Shown piece by piece: positions 14,167 through 28,224 of a stretch of 64,000 bases of DNA. A program made the position numbers and the translations under genes. The stretch comes from Haliotis rufescens (Eukaryota), in assembly GCF_023055435.1 (NCBI RefSeq), contig NW_025964001.1, positions 66,712,001-66,776,000 of the forward strand. The letters are read 5' to 3'. Position 1 is the stretch's first letter; the number at the start of each line of letters is the position of its first letter. The notes beneath the pieces are model-generated. The model was given only the letters and a program-made list of their open reading frames with translations, was not told where the DNA came from and ran no database searches.

Positions 14167-14442
14167 TGAACCTTGTATATCTGTGAGGTAGATGTGTGAA
14201 TTACATTCCCTACATTATTCAGTGAGTTGGCTCCATGGGTCCAAGTCGTAAATTGATATCTCTCTCAAAGGGACAGAAAATAGTGAACTAGAATAGTACA
14301 GTGAAGAATAGAGTAGAAATAGTTGAGAGTTATCCACTGACATTGTAAACATACGCTAATTAAACAGCAACTTCACTTTAAGTTTCAAATTTATTTTATT
14401 TTATTACATTTTTCATTGCTTATTACATTATTAGGGGATTTC
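14167..14442. repeat. Duplicated segment X, copy 2
   Basis: Matches 3118-3406. Confidence 0.85.
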
Positions 14443-14525
14443 ACGTTTAGTTGATTGCAAGGTAAGTTCACGTTTAGTTAATGGAGTTTAGTTTCCACCG
14501 CGAACCAGCTTACCACTGCTATAAG

Positions 14526-14790
14526 ACCCGTGAAGACCCGGGGTAGAATAGGTCTTCAGCAACCCATACTTGAAAAAGGCGACTATGCTTGTCGATAGAG
14601 GCAACTAACGGGATCGGGTGGTCAGGCTCGCTGACTTGATTGATACATGTCTTCGTATCCCAATTGCGTGAATCGAAGCTCATGCTATCAATCACTGGAT
14701 TGTCTGGTCCAGACTCGATTATTTCCAGACCGCCGTCATATAGCTGGAATATTGCTGAGTGCGGCGTTAAACAACAAACCAACCAACCAA
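14526..14790 (+). mobile_element. SINE family B, full length
   Basis: Consensus match; (AACC)n tail. Confidence 0.9.
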
Positions 14791-16581
14791 CATCTGTTAT
14801 GGACCTTTGCTCTTATAACATATTGACATATTGCATATTGCGCTCCACCCACCTGGATCTATAAACCCTGACATATCCCGTTATACAATCTGCCATTCAC
14901 TGCCTGCATTTACCGTACGACATCAATGTCTGGAAGCTTGGTGTAAATTAGTGCAAGATAATGTCAAAATGAACTCGTTCCCAGAACTTCAGAATTTCCT
15001 GTGGTGTCAAGTTGCAAGGCCTTGGCTTGTCCCACAGAACACTGTTTTGATGGAATATGTATTCTTCTGTTGGTATTGTGTTTAACCTTATGGAATAATA
15101 AGGCTTAAAAATGTCAGTTCACCGGATAAGGAATCAAGATTTAATACATAATTAACGATTTTATTAATGGTGGGAAAGTAAGGCGTGCAGACCCCATACG
15201 ACGGGGCACTGGGTTCCTTGCACCGTTAGCCAATCCCGTTATGACCTTTCACCCCTGTCACAATCCAGCTGTTAGGAAAACACGTACATCCAACGGTTTC
15301 TTTTCAAACCAATTGGGTCGGTGGTAAATAAAAATAAAATTACAGGAACATGATGTTTTTAAACGACCCTAAAATTATTGTAGGTGAGATTAAAGGAAGG
15401 GAAACTAAAATATCAGCGTAACTTGATTGTCATCTATTACAGAACCCAACGGAAAGTAACTAAAATTATATTTGAATTTACTGTTATGAAATATTATTCG
15501 TCTGTGGATCCTTGCACCAAGTATCAAATATCAGCATGATATAATCTGATCACGATATTAATAACATTGTCATATCAATAGTAAATAATATATATTTTCA
15601 AAGATTTGTCTCAAGAACTAGAACAGAGATGAACAAAACGGATGCGAGAAGTCCAAATACCGGAACGATCAGTGTGTGAAAATTAAATATGAACAACATA
15701 AATGGAATTATGAATTTATTTTCTGAGGAAATGATGGATGATTTTATTAATATGCGACCTCAGACAAAAATATTTTCCCACCTAAATTGCTCTTGTATCT
15801 ATCCATGAACAGCCTTTACACTTTTCTGACTAGAACAACCCCGAACAAAACCGAAGTGCAAAATAAACTATACTTAACACTTGATTATATCATATGTTTG
15901 ATTTTCAATTGAAAATGTTTTAAGTTGTTGATGTTATATCTAAATGAACTGTTCTGGTGCTTTGTCAGCAAGAAAAGACACATTTTCATGGTTTTATTTT
16001 TTTTACAAATATAATTGGATTTTGAACTTTTAAAAACATTTTAAAAACCCGCATAATACGCAACTGTGGATGGGTATATGTGAATCACATCTTTGAAAAT
16101 CAATCATTTGCTTTTTCCGACACAAATTTACATTTCAATTTCAGTCATGTGGTCGTCAATTCAATTCTAACTCCAGTCGTCAATGAACCAATATGTTTAC
16201 ACAAAATTACCTTGCCACGGGTTACCTATCACAAACTGTTGCAGGAACGAGTGATGGTCAAACAGACATAGTCAAATTTAAAAACAGTTCAACTAAATTA
16301 AACACAAAGCCGGTATACTTTCTTTTGCCCCTCCCTATATTTTTTATATATATCTAATTCACAATTATTTATCAAATACCAAAGTCCAAATATGAGCTGT
16401 ATAATTTATTCAATTCGTGAAGTAGTCCTTCATGTCTGTTATTCAGTTATGGCCTGATGAGACTCGTACGTGGTACGAGTTGAAAGCGCTAGCCATTCAA
16501 AATTGTGTTCAATCTTACTCCACTTATTTAATTAAATTTATTATTATATTGTGCCTGAGAGTTAGAACTTTACTGTGCTTT

Positions 16582-16584
<3 letters not shown>

Positions 16585-16636
<52 letters not shown>

Positions 16637-16700
16637 TCTCAGTTCATTAATAAACGATTCGAACACGGTTCGATATTATTCATAGTACATAAAGTATTCA

Positions 16701-16748
<48 letters not shown>

Positions 16749-16749
16749 A
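16585..16749. repeat. Microsatellites (TA)n and (TAAA)n
   Basis: (TA)n about 16585-16632; (TAAA)n about 16702-16749. Confidence 0.95.
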
Positions 16750-17394
16750 ATGTCCAAAGTTAAACTTCACACAACGCTACTTCCTGGTGGCGTGATACTC
16801 CCCAAAACACTCCATCTACAATTCCCTTTTCCTAAAACTCTTTCGCAATCAACAAGCTCTTGTCTGACTGTCTGTTCTCTTCTTAAACACGATTTTGTCA
16901 TTCTGGGCTGTTGATGTTAGTGGCCGGTCGTGTTTTATCAACACTAAGCTATTCCTGTGGTTTTAGCGCTGGGGATACCAGGGACTTAGAAAGCAAAATC
17001 CGCCTAAGGCCCTAGATATTTTCAAGGGTTGTTAATGGGTTGCACGGTGTACTGGGTACAAGTGAATTTCTATGTCAAGTTTTTTTTTCAATTCTGGTTA
17101 GGAACAAGTGCTCTGACATTGGATGGCCACTAAATCAAATGGAATATCAATGTTTTCACTTTTCCCCGACGATTCTATTATTCCAATAAATCACGCTGTA
17201 ATAGACCAACGCAGAATGTCTGTTTATGGCCCGGGAACAGTTTGTATTTCTACGAGTTAATGAATTAATCATTTTCTATTAGAGTCTTGACATTGGAATA
17301 GTGTATACCTCTGGCTTTAGGGGATGACGCCGTTACAATACAATAAAAGGTAGCAGAAACTGTTGCACGTCCTGTCGTGTCATTTATTAATCTG

Positions 17395-17697
17395 ACCGTG
17401 AAGATCCGGGTTAGAATTGGTCTTCATCAACCCATGCTTGTCGTAAGAGGCGACTAACGGGATCGGGTGGTCAGGCTCGCTGACTTGGTTGATGCATGTC
17501 ATCGTGTCCCAATTGCATGGATGGATGCTCATGATAACAATCTCTGGATTGTCTGGTCCATGCAAGTGATCTTTGATAGTGGGTAATCTAAATAGACACA
17601 AAAATGCAGATTAATAAATATTTGTTTGTTGTTTAACACCGCCGTCATACATCTGGAATATTGCTGAGTGCGGTGTTAAACAACATTCAAACAAACG
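17395..17697 (+). mobile_element. SINE family B with internal inverted duplication
   Basis: 12-bp TSD TTTATTAATCTG (17383-17394 / 17698-17709) fixes the 5' end at ACCGTGAAGA. Confidence 0.9.
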
Positions 17698-19139
17698 TTT
17701 ATTAATCTGCATATTTTGTATCTATTTAGATTACTCACTACAAAGATCACCTGAAAGATTATATGAAACAGATTTTTACGTACGGGATCTGTCGAGATTG
17801 ATACGGTTGTCGTGTAGTAGAAGGATGTACGTTTCAGATTAAGTTTTTGACATTTATTATTTTTTTGTTATTAGCAGACTGAAATAGACTGAACTTTGCT
17901 GTGTAGTCGTATACCGAGGTTTGATCCGACCCAAGGTCCTCATTATTAGAACATGGCAAGTCGTCGGGTTAAGGTACCTTGAGTTCAACATCACAATATC
18001 TTATGTTCGACATAACTTACTTACTAACCCTGGTTTCGAGATTGTATCAGCATTCAGTCATTGACATTCGTTGTTCCAAAACCGAGTCTAGAAACAAAAC
18101 AAAACTCAGCTCAAAACAACAAAACAATGGCCATTCACCTAAACAGAAATTGTCGATTATGAGTATACCTGACCGATATGCCACGCACTTAATGGAAACG
18201 ACACAGATAATTGTTGCATGAACAGCGCCTACAATAATTTGCAAAAATTACACATAAATCGTGGTTATTATTTATCAGTGACATAAATCATCGCAGATCA
18301 ATACACAACTGTGATATTAATCCCGGCACACTTAATTAATGAGGGCGAGGCAGAAAGTTCTATGGAAATTCTTTTGCTATCGACAGCCATGGCGAAATGT
18401 GGCTGTAAACATATACTCACCGACGAAAGAAACGTGAATACCATACATGTTGGTTTATATGTGAAGAATTACTCATATTCAAAAGATACTAGATTGGTTC
18501 GACGCACAAACGAACATACTGGTATGTTCTGTGAACAGACGCGCATGAACGCATCACATGTGACGTCATAGATCCATGACTCGATATGCACCATTTGTCT
18601 CGTGCAGGTCACTCACTCACGTACAGAACGTATCCCATAAAGGAAAGAATATTGACGAACACTTATTTCAACGGAGATGAATAAACGAATAGGTTAAATA
18701 TTGCGATTTTAGGATTTTGGAAAAAATAACAAAACAACAGTTTGATGAATACGGTTACAAATACATTCCTGTGAAGATTACGTAAATTGAGTAATTAATA
18801 TCGGAAACGCACCGGTCATGCTCTAATATTAACTGTTAGACCAAGCGGTGTAATTTCACTCAACACGGTACTCGAACAACGGATGATTCGATGCTAATGT
18901 TTCGAGGGGTTTCGAGGTTTTACTGTAGTTATATATTAGTTTATTTATATTATTGCTTAATCATTGGATCTATTGGTTGTGTATTGTGTTTATCTGTTTA
19001 TTCACTCACTCACTCACTCACTCACTATCACTGATTAAATGCCTGTTGATATCTCTGTCTGTAGTTAAGAAAGGTAGTTTAATTGATAAAAGGTGATCAG
19101 TTAGTGTTGTCAAATCAACTTGGACGCTGTGATTGATGA

Positions 19140-19290
19140 CCTGGTTGATGCACGTCATCGTGTCCCAAATGCATGGATTGATGCTCATGATGTCAATCAC
19201 TGGATTACCTGATCCAGATTCGATTATTTACAGACCGCCGTCATATAGCTGGAATATTGCTGAGTGCGGCGTTAAACAACAAACAAACAA
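19140..19290 (+). mobile_element. SINE family B, 5'-truncated
   Basis: Match to 3' half and tail. Confidence 0.88.
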
Positions 19291-19857
19291 TAAACTTTTC
19301 AAAGCGGACTAAAACCTTACTCACTCACTTTCTCATATAAATCGAGTGTTCATAGGTTTTTTTCTTTCTTTTCAACAAATGATGATAAGTTCAACAATAT
19401 TTCCTAAAACGACAGTTTATCAGCACAGCAGAGCAACAGTGCATATTCGATGAATTTATGGGGTTTGGATAAAAGAAAAAAAAGATTAAGGAATTTGGAA
19501 TATCAAATCTCATTTCATACAAATGTACTCACTCACAGGATAAAGTAAACAGTCTCAGATACCAGTAATACTTGATAAGTCGCACGCTTATTGACCCGAG
19601 CGTTAGCAAGATTTAACAACAATTTGTCAGTCACAATAAAATCCACAAAAGCACATGTGAGAATTCGCGTGAAGTTGTGTGTTGGATAAGGTCACAAGTC
19701 GTGTCAACAATTATCACACGTCTTGATTGATGGGGATCGAAATGAGCTTGGTACCTGCTGACATATCATCAATATCCATTATTGTCCAGGGGATGAGGGG
19801 ATCTGGGAGGATACGGGAGGGACGAGGACGATAGGACAGGTAATTCACACACCCAGG

Positions 19858-21460
19858 TGTCACCTTTATAACATGACTGCTTACATTGTAACATTCATAA
19901 CATGGCTGCTTACGTTGTAACCTTTATAACATGGCTGCTTACGTTGTAACCTTTATAACATGGCTGCTTACGTTGTAACCTTTATAACATGGCTGCTTAC
20001 GTTGTAACCTTTATAACATGGCTGCTTACGTTGTAACCTTCATAACATGGCTGCTTACGTTGTAAACTTTATAACATGGCTGCGTACGTTGTAACCTTTA
20101 TAACATGGCTGCTTACGTTGTAACATTTATAACATGGCTGCTTACGTTGTAACATTTATGACATGGCTGCTTACGTTGTAACCTTTATAACATGGCTGCT
20201 TACGTTGTAACATTTATGACATGGCTGCTTACGTTGTAACATTTATGACATGGCTGCTTACGTTGTAACCTTTATAACATGGCTGCTTACGTTGTAACAT
20301 TTATGACATGGCTGCTTACGTTGTAACATTTATGACATGGCTGCTTACGTTGTAACCTTCATAACATGGCTGCTTACGTTGTAACCTTTATAACATGGCT
20401 GCTTACGTTGTAACCTTTATAACATGACTGCTTACATTGTAACCTTTATAACATGGCTGCTTACATTGTAGCATTCATGACATGGCTGCTTACGTTGTAA
20501 CATTCATGACATGGCTGCTTACGTTGTAACCTTTATAACATGGCTGCTTACGTTGTAACCTTCATAACATGGCTGCTTATGTTGTAACCTTCATAACATG
20601 GCTGCTTACGTTGTAACCTTTATAACATGGCTGCTTACATTGTAACCTTTATAACATGGCTGCTTACGTTGTAACCTTTATAACATGGCTGCTTACGTTG
20701 TAACCTTTATAACATGGCTGCTTACGTTGTAACATTCATAACATGGCTGCTTACGTTGTAACCTTTATAACATGGCTGCTTACATTGTAGCATTCATGAC
20801 ATGGCTGCTTACGTTGTAACATTCATGACATGGCTGCTTACGTTGTAACCTTTATAACATGGCTGCTTACATTGTAGCATTCATGACATGGCTGCTTACG
20901 TTGTAACATTCATGACATGGCTGCTTACGTTGTAACCTTTATAACATGGCTGCTTACATTGTAGCATTCATGACATGGCTGCTTACGTTGTAACATTCAT
21001 GACATGGCTGCTTACGTTGTAACCTTTATAACATGGCTGCTTACATTGTAGCATTCATGACATGGCTGCTTACGTTGTAACATTCATGACATGGCTGCTT
21101 ACATTGTAACCTTTATAACATGGCTGCTAACGTTGTAACCTTTATAACATTACTGCTTACGTTGTAACCTTTATAACATGGCTGCTTACGTTGTAACCTT
21201 TATAACATGGCTGCTTACATTGTAACATTTATAACATGTTTGCTTGCATTGTAACCTTTATATTCTAGCTGCTTACGTTGTAACCTTTATAACATGGCTG
21301 CTTACATTGTAACATTTATAACATGTTTGCTTGCATTGTAACCTTTATATTCTAGCTGCTTACGTTGTAACCTTTATAACATGGCTGCTTACATTGTAAC
21401 CAATATAGCATGGCCGCTTACATTGTAACCTTCATGACATAGTTTCCTACGTTGAAACTT
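19858..21460. repeat. Minisatellite, 29 bp unit CCTTTATAACATGGCTGCTTACGTTGTAA
   Basis: Direct tandem repetition. Confidence 0.97.
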
Positions 21461-22256
21461 TCATGGGCTGGTATATGCACTATCCTTCCCGAAATGCATG
21501 GTTGCTTTCATCAATCAATATAACTTTCTAAGGACTACCATCTAAATCAAGTGGACGTGAATTATGCAATTTACACAATTCACACACCATGAACACGTCA
21601 ACATCGACATGACGTCTACTTCATCGACGTGTCGCTACGTCTGCGTGTGCAGCATGCACATTACATTTAACAGATTTATATTGTCTCTCCCCGCCCACGC
21701 AATTCCTTGTCAGTTGTCGACGCCAAGCCGAGTCCTGAGTGTGAGACTCGATGCTTGTTGTCTCGTGGAGAAGGTTTGCCTGCGAACCTAAACCCCTCTT
21801 ATCGGATAAAGACAGGGCGGGGAATTCTGCTGATTGCAAATCATTCAGCTAAAAATATCTCGGAGTAATCATTTTCTTTGATGTGTCAATCTCGCACTAA
21901 TTGCTGCGGCTTCTAATTTGGGATTGATGAGGGTTTATGATTCAGCGCCATCGATCTCATCGTAATCAAGAGGACAATGTATTTCATTCAAGCAAGTAGT
22001 TGTTATCCTGATCGATATTTCCATGACAGTTGACATGAATAGATGTTAAAACATGAAACAAAGTTAAGAAACAGGATTGTACAGGTTAGAAATACTGTAT
22101 GTGTACGAAGACCCCCTTGATTTAAACATATTTTATTCACAAAAAGTGAATGGGATTGGGTACGAGTTAGGATCCCCCTAACCTCCCATCGGTAACCCTC
22201 ACCCCTCTTCACTGTCCCTCCTCCCTTACCCCGTCCCATCGCCTCCCCCCTCAACT

Positions 22257-22538
22257 AGGGGGGCACGGGTGGCCCAGTCGTCTAAGGCGCGGCAATTCGC
22301 TGTGCAGTGTTGCGTCCCTTGGGCACGCCAGAAACCTATGGCTGAATGTTCGAATCCCGGTTCACCCCGATTATGTTTCTAGGTTTGTCAGCACCATACC
22401 CGTGCTCGTGGGTTTCACCGATGTGGTAAACGTCTGAGACCTGCATCACTTGGGGCTTTCCTCCAACATTAAGCTGACACGCCGTGATATAACTGGAATA
22501 CTGTTAAAAGCGGCGTTAAACACTACTCACTCACTCAC
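22257..22538 (+). mobile_element. SINE family A, full length
   Basis: Consensus match; (ACTC)n tail. Confidence 0.92.
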
Positions 22539-23591
22539 CCTCCCAACTACCCCCGTTTCATCCCAACCCGCACAAACCGATAATTTCCCACTCACCCTCC
22601 TTCAAATCCATGCCCCCACCCCTACCCTGATAATATCACGCCGACTCTACCCCCTGCCCTCCTTATCCCCACCCGGCACTGTCACCTGGCTTGCTCGTAT
22701 TTCTCAACACGAGTCCAGTAAGGTTTACAATTAAATTCTATGACCAGAGCAACAGGAGCACCCGTACAGCCACACAAAGCCCCTGCCCTGACCGTCAGCC
22801 CGCCTGTCTCCCTCGCTCAAAGAAAGTGATTATACCTTGGCTATGGCAGTACTACACCTCGACCAAATCAATCCAGTAAACCGTTGTATGGTAAGTAGTA
22901 AGGATATACAGCCATCCCAAACAGGCGCGGGTATGACTTGTCAGGTAGCCATGCCTTAATTCTCATTATCTGTATAGGCACACGAGGAATCAATCATGAT
23001 TGGCGATATGTCCAAGATTTTGTGATCAATTATCTTTCAATGGGACTTTATGTGGCTGATTGAGGAGGCTTTCAAGGGTATAGTCGTCCCTAAGTCAAGG
23101 AAGGGCGTTCTAGGAGGCACTGGCCTGTATGTACAACATGGTGGCCGTAGGGTACAGGTGTGGTCGGCAGGGTGGAGGCGTTCACTGGGTGAGTAAAGCA
23201 GATCTGGGGTTGGGGGTAGGGCTATCATAATTGCTCATACGTACTATGGCAAGAGAGGTAGTGAGCAACAATCGTTTTTGTGGGTTTTGATGCGAACACA
23301 TTTGTATGGGTTCTCGGGTTTGTTGTTCGCAGGCTTGTAGAATCTACACACTGAACTTGTACATTGCATTTGTACATAGAAAATGTAACTTTAGTAAAAG
23401 CATGGATGTGTTTGGATTGAGGTAAGATTTTATTTAAAGTCGGGTTCCAGAGTTAAGCTTGGGGAGTTGGTCTGCGGTGGCAAGTGGTATTAGCAGTGGG
23501 TTGATTCTCAAAGTGATGTAAGATTTAAAGGGATTTGAGATGGGGGTGTAGGAGGCTGACTGCTTAGAGGAATGACATTGTCAGGGGTGAT

Positions 23592-26065
23592 TACAGGGTA
23601 GATACATACAACTCGGGTGGATGTGTAGATGTAAAGGGTAGATACAAAAAACTCGGGTGGATGTGATGATGTACAGGGTAGATACAAACAACCAGGGTGG
23701 ATGTGTTGATGTACAGGGTAGATACATACAACCAGGGTGGATGTGTTGATGTACAGGGTAGATAGAAACAACTCGGGTGGATGTGTTGATGTACAGGGTA
23801 GATACATACAACTCGAGTGGATGTGTTGATGTACAGGGTAGATACATACAACCAGGGTGGATGTGTTGATGTACAGGGTAGATACATACAACTCCGGTGG
23901 ATGTGTTGATGTACAGGGTAGATACATACAACCGGGTGGGTGTGTTGATGTACAGGGTAGATACATACAACCCGGGTGGATGTGTTGACGTACAGGGTAG
24001 ATACATACAACTCGGGTGGATGTGTTGATGTACAGGGTAGATACATACAACCAGGGTGGATCTTTTGATGTACAGGGTAGATACATACAACTCGGGTGGA
24101 TGTGTTGATGTACAGGGTAGATACATACAACTCGGGTGGATGTGTTGATGTACAGGGTAGATACATACAACCCGGGTGGATGAGTTGATGTACAGGGTAG
24201 ATACATACAACTCGGGTGGATGTGTTGATGTGCAGGGTAGATACATACAACTCGGGTGGATGTGTTGATGTACAGGGTGGATACATACAACCCGGGTGGA
24301 TGAGTTGATGTTCAGGGTAGATACATACAACTCGGGTGGATGTGTTGATGTACAGGGTAGATACATACAACCAGGGTGGATGTGTTGATGTACAGGGTAG
24401 ATACATACAACCAGGGTGGATGTGTTGATGTACATTGTAGATACATACAACTCGGGTGGATGTGTTGATGTACAGGGTAGATGCATACAACCAGGGTGGA
24501 TGTGTTGATGTACAGGGTAGATACATACAACTCGGGTGGATGTGTTGATGTACAGGGTAGATACATACAACTCGGGTGGATGTGTTGATGTACAGGGTAG
24601 ATACATACAACCAGGGTGGATGTGTTGATGTACAGGGTAGATACACACAACCAGGGTGGATGTGTTGATGTACTGGGTAGATACATACAACTCGGGTGGA
24701 TGTGTTGATGTACAGGGTAGATACATACAACCAGGTGGATGTGTTGATGTACAAGGTAGATACATACAACTCGGGTGGATGTGTTGATGTACAGGGTAGA
24801 TGCATACAACCAGGGTGGATGTGTTGATGTACAGGGTAGATACATACAACACGGGTGGATGTGTTGATGTACAGGGTAGATGCATACAACCAGGGTGGAT
24901 GTGTTGATGTACAGGGTAGATACATACAGCCAGGGTGGATGTGTTGATGTACAGGGTAGATACATACAACCCGGGTAGATGTGTTGATGTACAAGGTAGA
25001 TACATACAACTCGGGTGGATGTGTTGATGTACAGGGTAGATGCATACAACCAGGGTGGATGTGTTGATGTACAGGGTAGATACATACAACTCGGGTGGAT
25101 GTGTTGATGTACAGGGTAGATACATACAACTCGGGTGGATGTGTTGATGTACAGGGTAGATACATACAACCAGGTGGATGTGTTGATGTACAGGGTAGAT
25201 ACATACAACCCGGGTAGATGTGTTGATGTACATTGTAGATACATACAACTCGGGTGGATCTTTTGATGCACAGGGTAGATACATACAACTCGGGTGGATG
25301 TGTTGATGTACAGGGTAGATGCATACAACCAGGGTGGATCTTTTGATGTACAGGGTAGATACATACAACTCGGGTGGATGTGTTGATGTACAGGGTAGAT
25401 ACATACAACCAGGTGGATGTGTTGATGTACAGGGTATATACATACAACTCGGGTGGATGTGTTGATGTACAGGGTAGATACATACAACTCGGGTGGATGT
25501 GTTGATGTACAGGGTAGATACATACAACCAGGGTGGATGTGTTGATGTACAGGGTAGATACATACAACTCGGGTGGATGTGTTGATGTACAGGGTAGATA
25601 CATACAACTCGGGTGGATGTGTTGATGTACGGGGTAGATACATACAACTCGGGTGGATGTGTTGATGTACAGGGTAGATACATACAACTCGGGTGGATGT
25701 GTTGATGTACAGGGTAGATACATACAACTCGGGTGGATGTGTTGATGTACAGGGTAGATACATACAACCAGGTGGATGTGTTGATGTACAGGGTATATAC
25801 ATACAACCAGGTGGATGTGTTGATGTACAGGGTAGATACATACAACTCGGGTGGATGTGTTGATGTACAGGGTAGATACATACAACCAGGGTGGATGTGT
25901 TGATGTACAGGGTATATACATACAACCAGGGTGGATGTGTTGATGTACAGGGTAGATACATACAACCAGGGTGGATGTGTTGATGTACAGGGTAGATACA
26001 TACAACTCGGGTGGATGTGTTGATGTACAGGGTAGATACATACAACCAGGGTGGATGTGTTGATG
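23592..26065. repeat. Satellite, 40 bp unit GTACAGGGTAGATACATACAACTCGGGTGGATGTGTTGAT
   Basis: Direct tandem repetition, occasional 39-bp units. Confidence 0.97.
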
Positions 26066-26956
26066 TTTGTTGTTTGACGCCACTTTTACCAAGTAATGTT
26101 GATAATATTTATGAATGAGCATACGATCGTTTTGACTATGGTTTCATTCAACACAATGCTTTGATTATACCGAATGTATATTACATACCGACATCCAGTA
26201 TGTTTCTGGTTGCTTTTGTAAGTTTATAGAACCGTGGGTATTGTTACATTGCCTTATAGTCCATCTCTATAATCTATTCAAACGATTTATCACGTATGCT
26301 GAAACCTCCACCCCAATATTTCACAAAGGAATAGCAGTTTTTAAATCACCCGTCACATATGGCACCCTTCATATCGGGAACGATACGTTGCCGAGGGCAG
26401 AACACGATTGAAATTGACATCAGCTATGAACACACTGCTGACGACTGACGAGCACCTGTCAACACTTTATAGCTACATGCGGATGCTGCTGTCAGAATGA
26501 TGTATGTCAATACATGACTCTCAGATCGGAGCGTGCATGTATCAACGCTCGCTCCGTTCTAGCCGGTTCGTAACGATCATTAATTTGAGCCGAGTCATTG
26601 CTTCATACGAGTGAACTGTTTTGGAAACATACAACATATAATAATGGCAGTCTACTGGGGTGATTGATGAAGGTTGGGATTGCATATATTCCACGCAAAC
26701 ATACTTGCTACCTGAGTCAATGGGGTTTGAGATACTTTAAGTAGTGTTGCAGTATTTCTGCAAGAACAAAAAAATTGGTTTAAAGATTTGTAACCGAAAC
26801 TCGATACTTTACAGTTTCTTTGTAAAATTTCTGATTTCGACCACGACGTAAATTCTCATCAAACGGGTTCGTCATCTTCGCCAACACGGCGTTTCAGAAA
26901 TACCCTCACATACCTTGTCTTACTAGGTTTTTTGGTTCCACGGGATATCAATGCCA

Positions 26957-27260
26957 TTGTTGTTTGCTGATGACATAGTTTTAATCAATGATTGTGTTAT
27001 TGGCTTGCAAAGGAAACTAGATGTCCTTGATTGAGGTTTTAAAATTGATGGGGCTTCGAGGTTAATATGGTTAAATCTAATAGAATTGTCTTCAGAATTG
27101 GTGGTTACTTAAAGAAATCTAAGAAGTGGCATTATAGAGTTTCGCAAACTGTTACATATTATGAATATTTTGGAATGGTCTTTTCGTCTATATTAATTTG
27201 ATCGACGGTCTGTGAGAAATTATCTATACAGGCAAAAAAGGCACCGGTTCCTGTGTCTTC
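26957..27260 (+). pseudogene. Degenerate non-LTR retrotransposon RT fragment (RTE/RTE-X-like)
   Basis: Translates to LLFADDIVL...GLQRKLDVL, later VFRIGGYLKKSKKWHY and YEYFGMVFSS, with frameshifts; FADD is the RT catalytic motif. Confidence 0.8.
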
Positions 27261-27572
27261 CATACTAAAAATATATCATTCAGCATCATTCCACAGCTCC
27301 TGTTATATTGTATTGCTCCGAAATTTTGGGTGTTAGGGTATTTAAGAAAAAAACGACGAGTGGGAGTTGTTTGTCGTACAATAAAACACTGCAGGGAGAA
27401 AAACCATTAAAGTGCTGCAATGTCGCTATGGTCACTCTGTGGATAAAGAAAGTTTCCTGTCTTGTTGCACATGTATGCAAACATAAAAATCATTATGCCA
27501 TGTTCTATTTAAAGTGATGGTGCTGCGCACAGAACTTTTAGTTTTGTTGTAATTATTACCAAGTCAATTTGT

Positions 27573-27634
27573 CTCACTCACTCACTCACTCACTCACTCA
27601 CTCACTCACTCACTCACTCACCCACTCACTCACT
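27573..27634. repeat. (CACT)n microsatellite
   Basis: Direct. Confidence 0.95.
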
Positions 27635-27689
27635 AAAAATTATTCAAAAATAAATTTACAAATTCCTTAGTTAAGATACAGAATATTTG

Positions 27690-27870
27690 TCTTGCCTTTG
27701 CATGTGTTTGTGCCACCGACAGGATACTCTACCGTTTTCGCGAACACCTGGTATCTTCACTTAGTCTATTTGGTAGTGATTCATAAACACATGCTCATGA
27801 TATATTTGGAATCGTTCAATCGACGAGAGATTTCTATTGGATATTTGGAAAGGGTTTTGTCGCTTGATTT
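27690..27870 (+). repeat. Family P repeat copy
   Basis: Match to 1686-1870. Confidence 0.8.
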
Positions 27871-28062
27871 ACAGATATTTTCAAGTTAGATTTGGGCAAG
27901 CATATTTCCTATGATGTTCCCAGAATTCAGTGGTTGCGAACCTCCATATGTATCATCTATACATCGTATATATGTCATAGATGCCGAGTAGTTACCGACA
28001 CTGCGGATAGCACCCCAAGTTCTCCGAACGCTTCAGCTCCGTATCACGCGACTGTTTTGGGT

Positions 28063-28224
28063 GTGAGTGAGTGAGTGAGTGAGTGAGTATGGTTTTATGC
28101 CGCTTATAACAATATTCCAGCAATATCACGGCGGGGGATACAAGAAATGGGCTTCACACATTGTACCCATGTCGGGAATCGAACCCGGGTCTTCGGCGTG
28201 ACGAGCGAACGCTTTAACCACTAT
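28063..28224 (-). mobile_element. SINE family C, 5'-truncated
   Basis: Consensus match, (GAGT)n on + strand. Confidence 0.9.

Noticed and set aside
16925-16940. 15-mer GGTCGTGTTTTATCA shared with ~55132
   Set aside because: A few such matches are expected by chance in 64 kb
23508-26122. 800+ aa minus-strand ORFs
   Set aside because: 40-bp satellite artefact, open in all three frames
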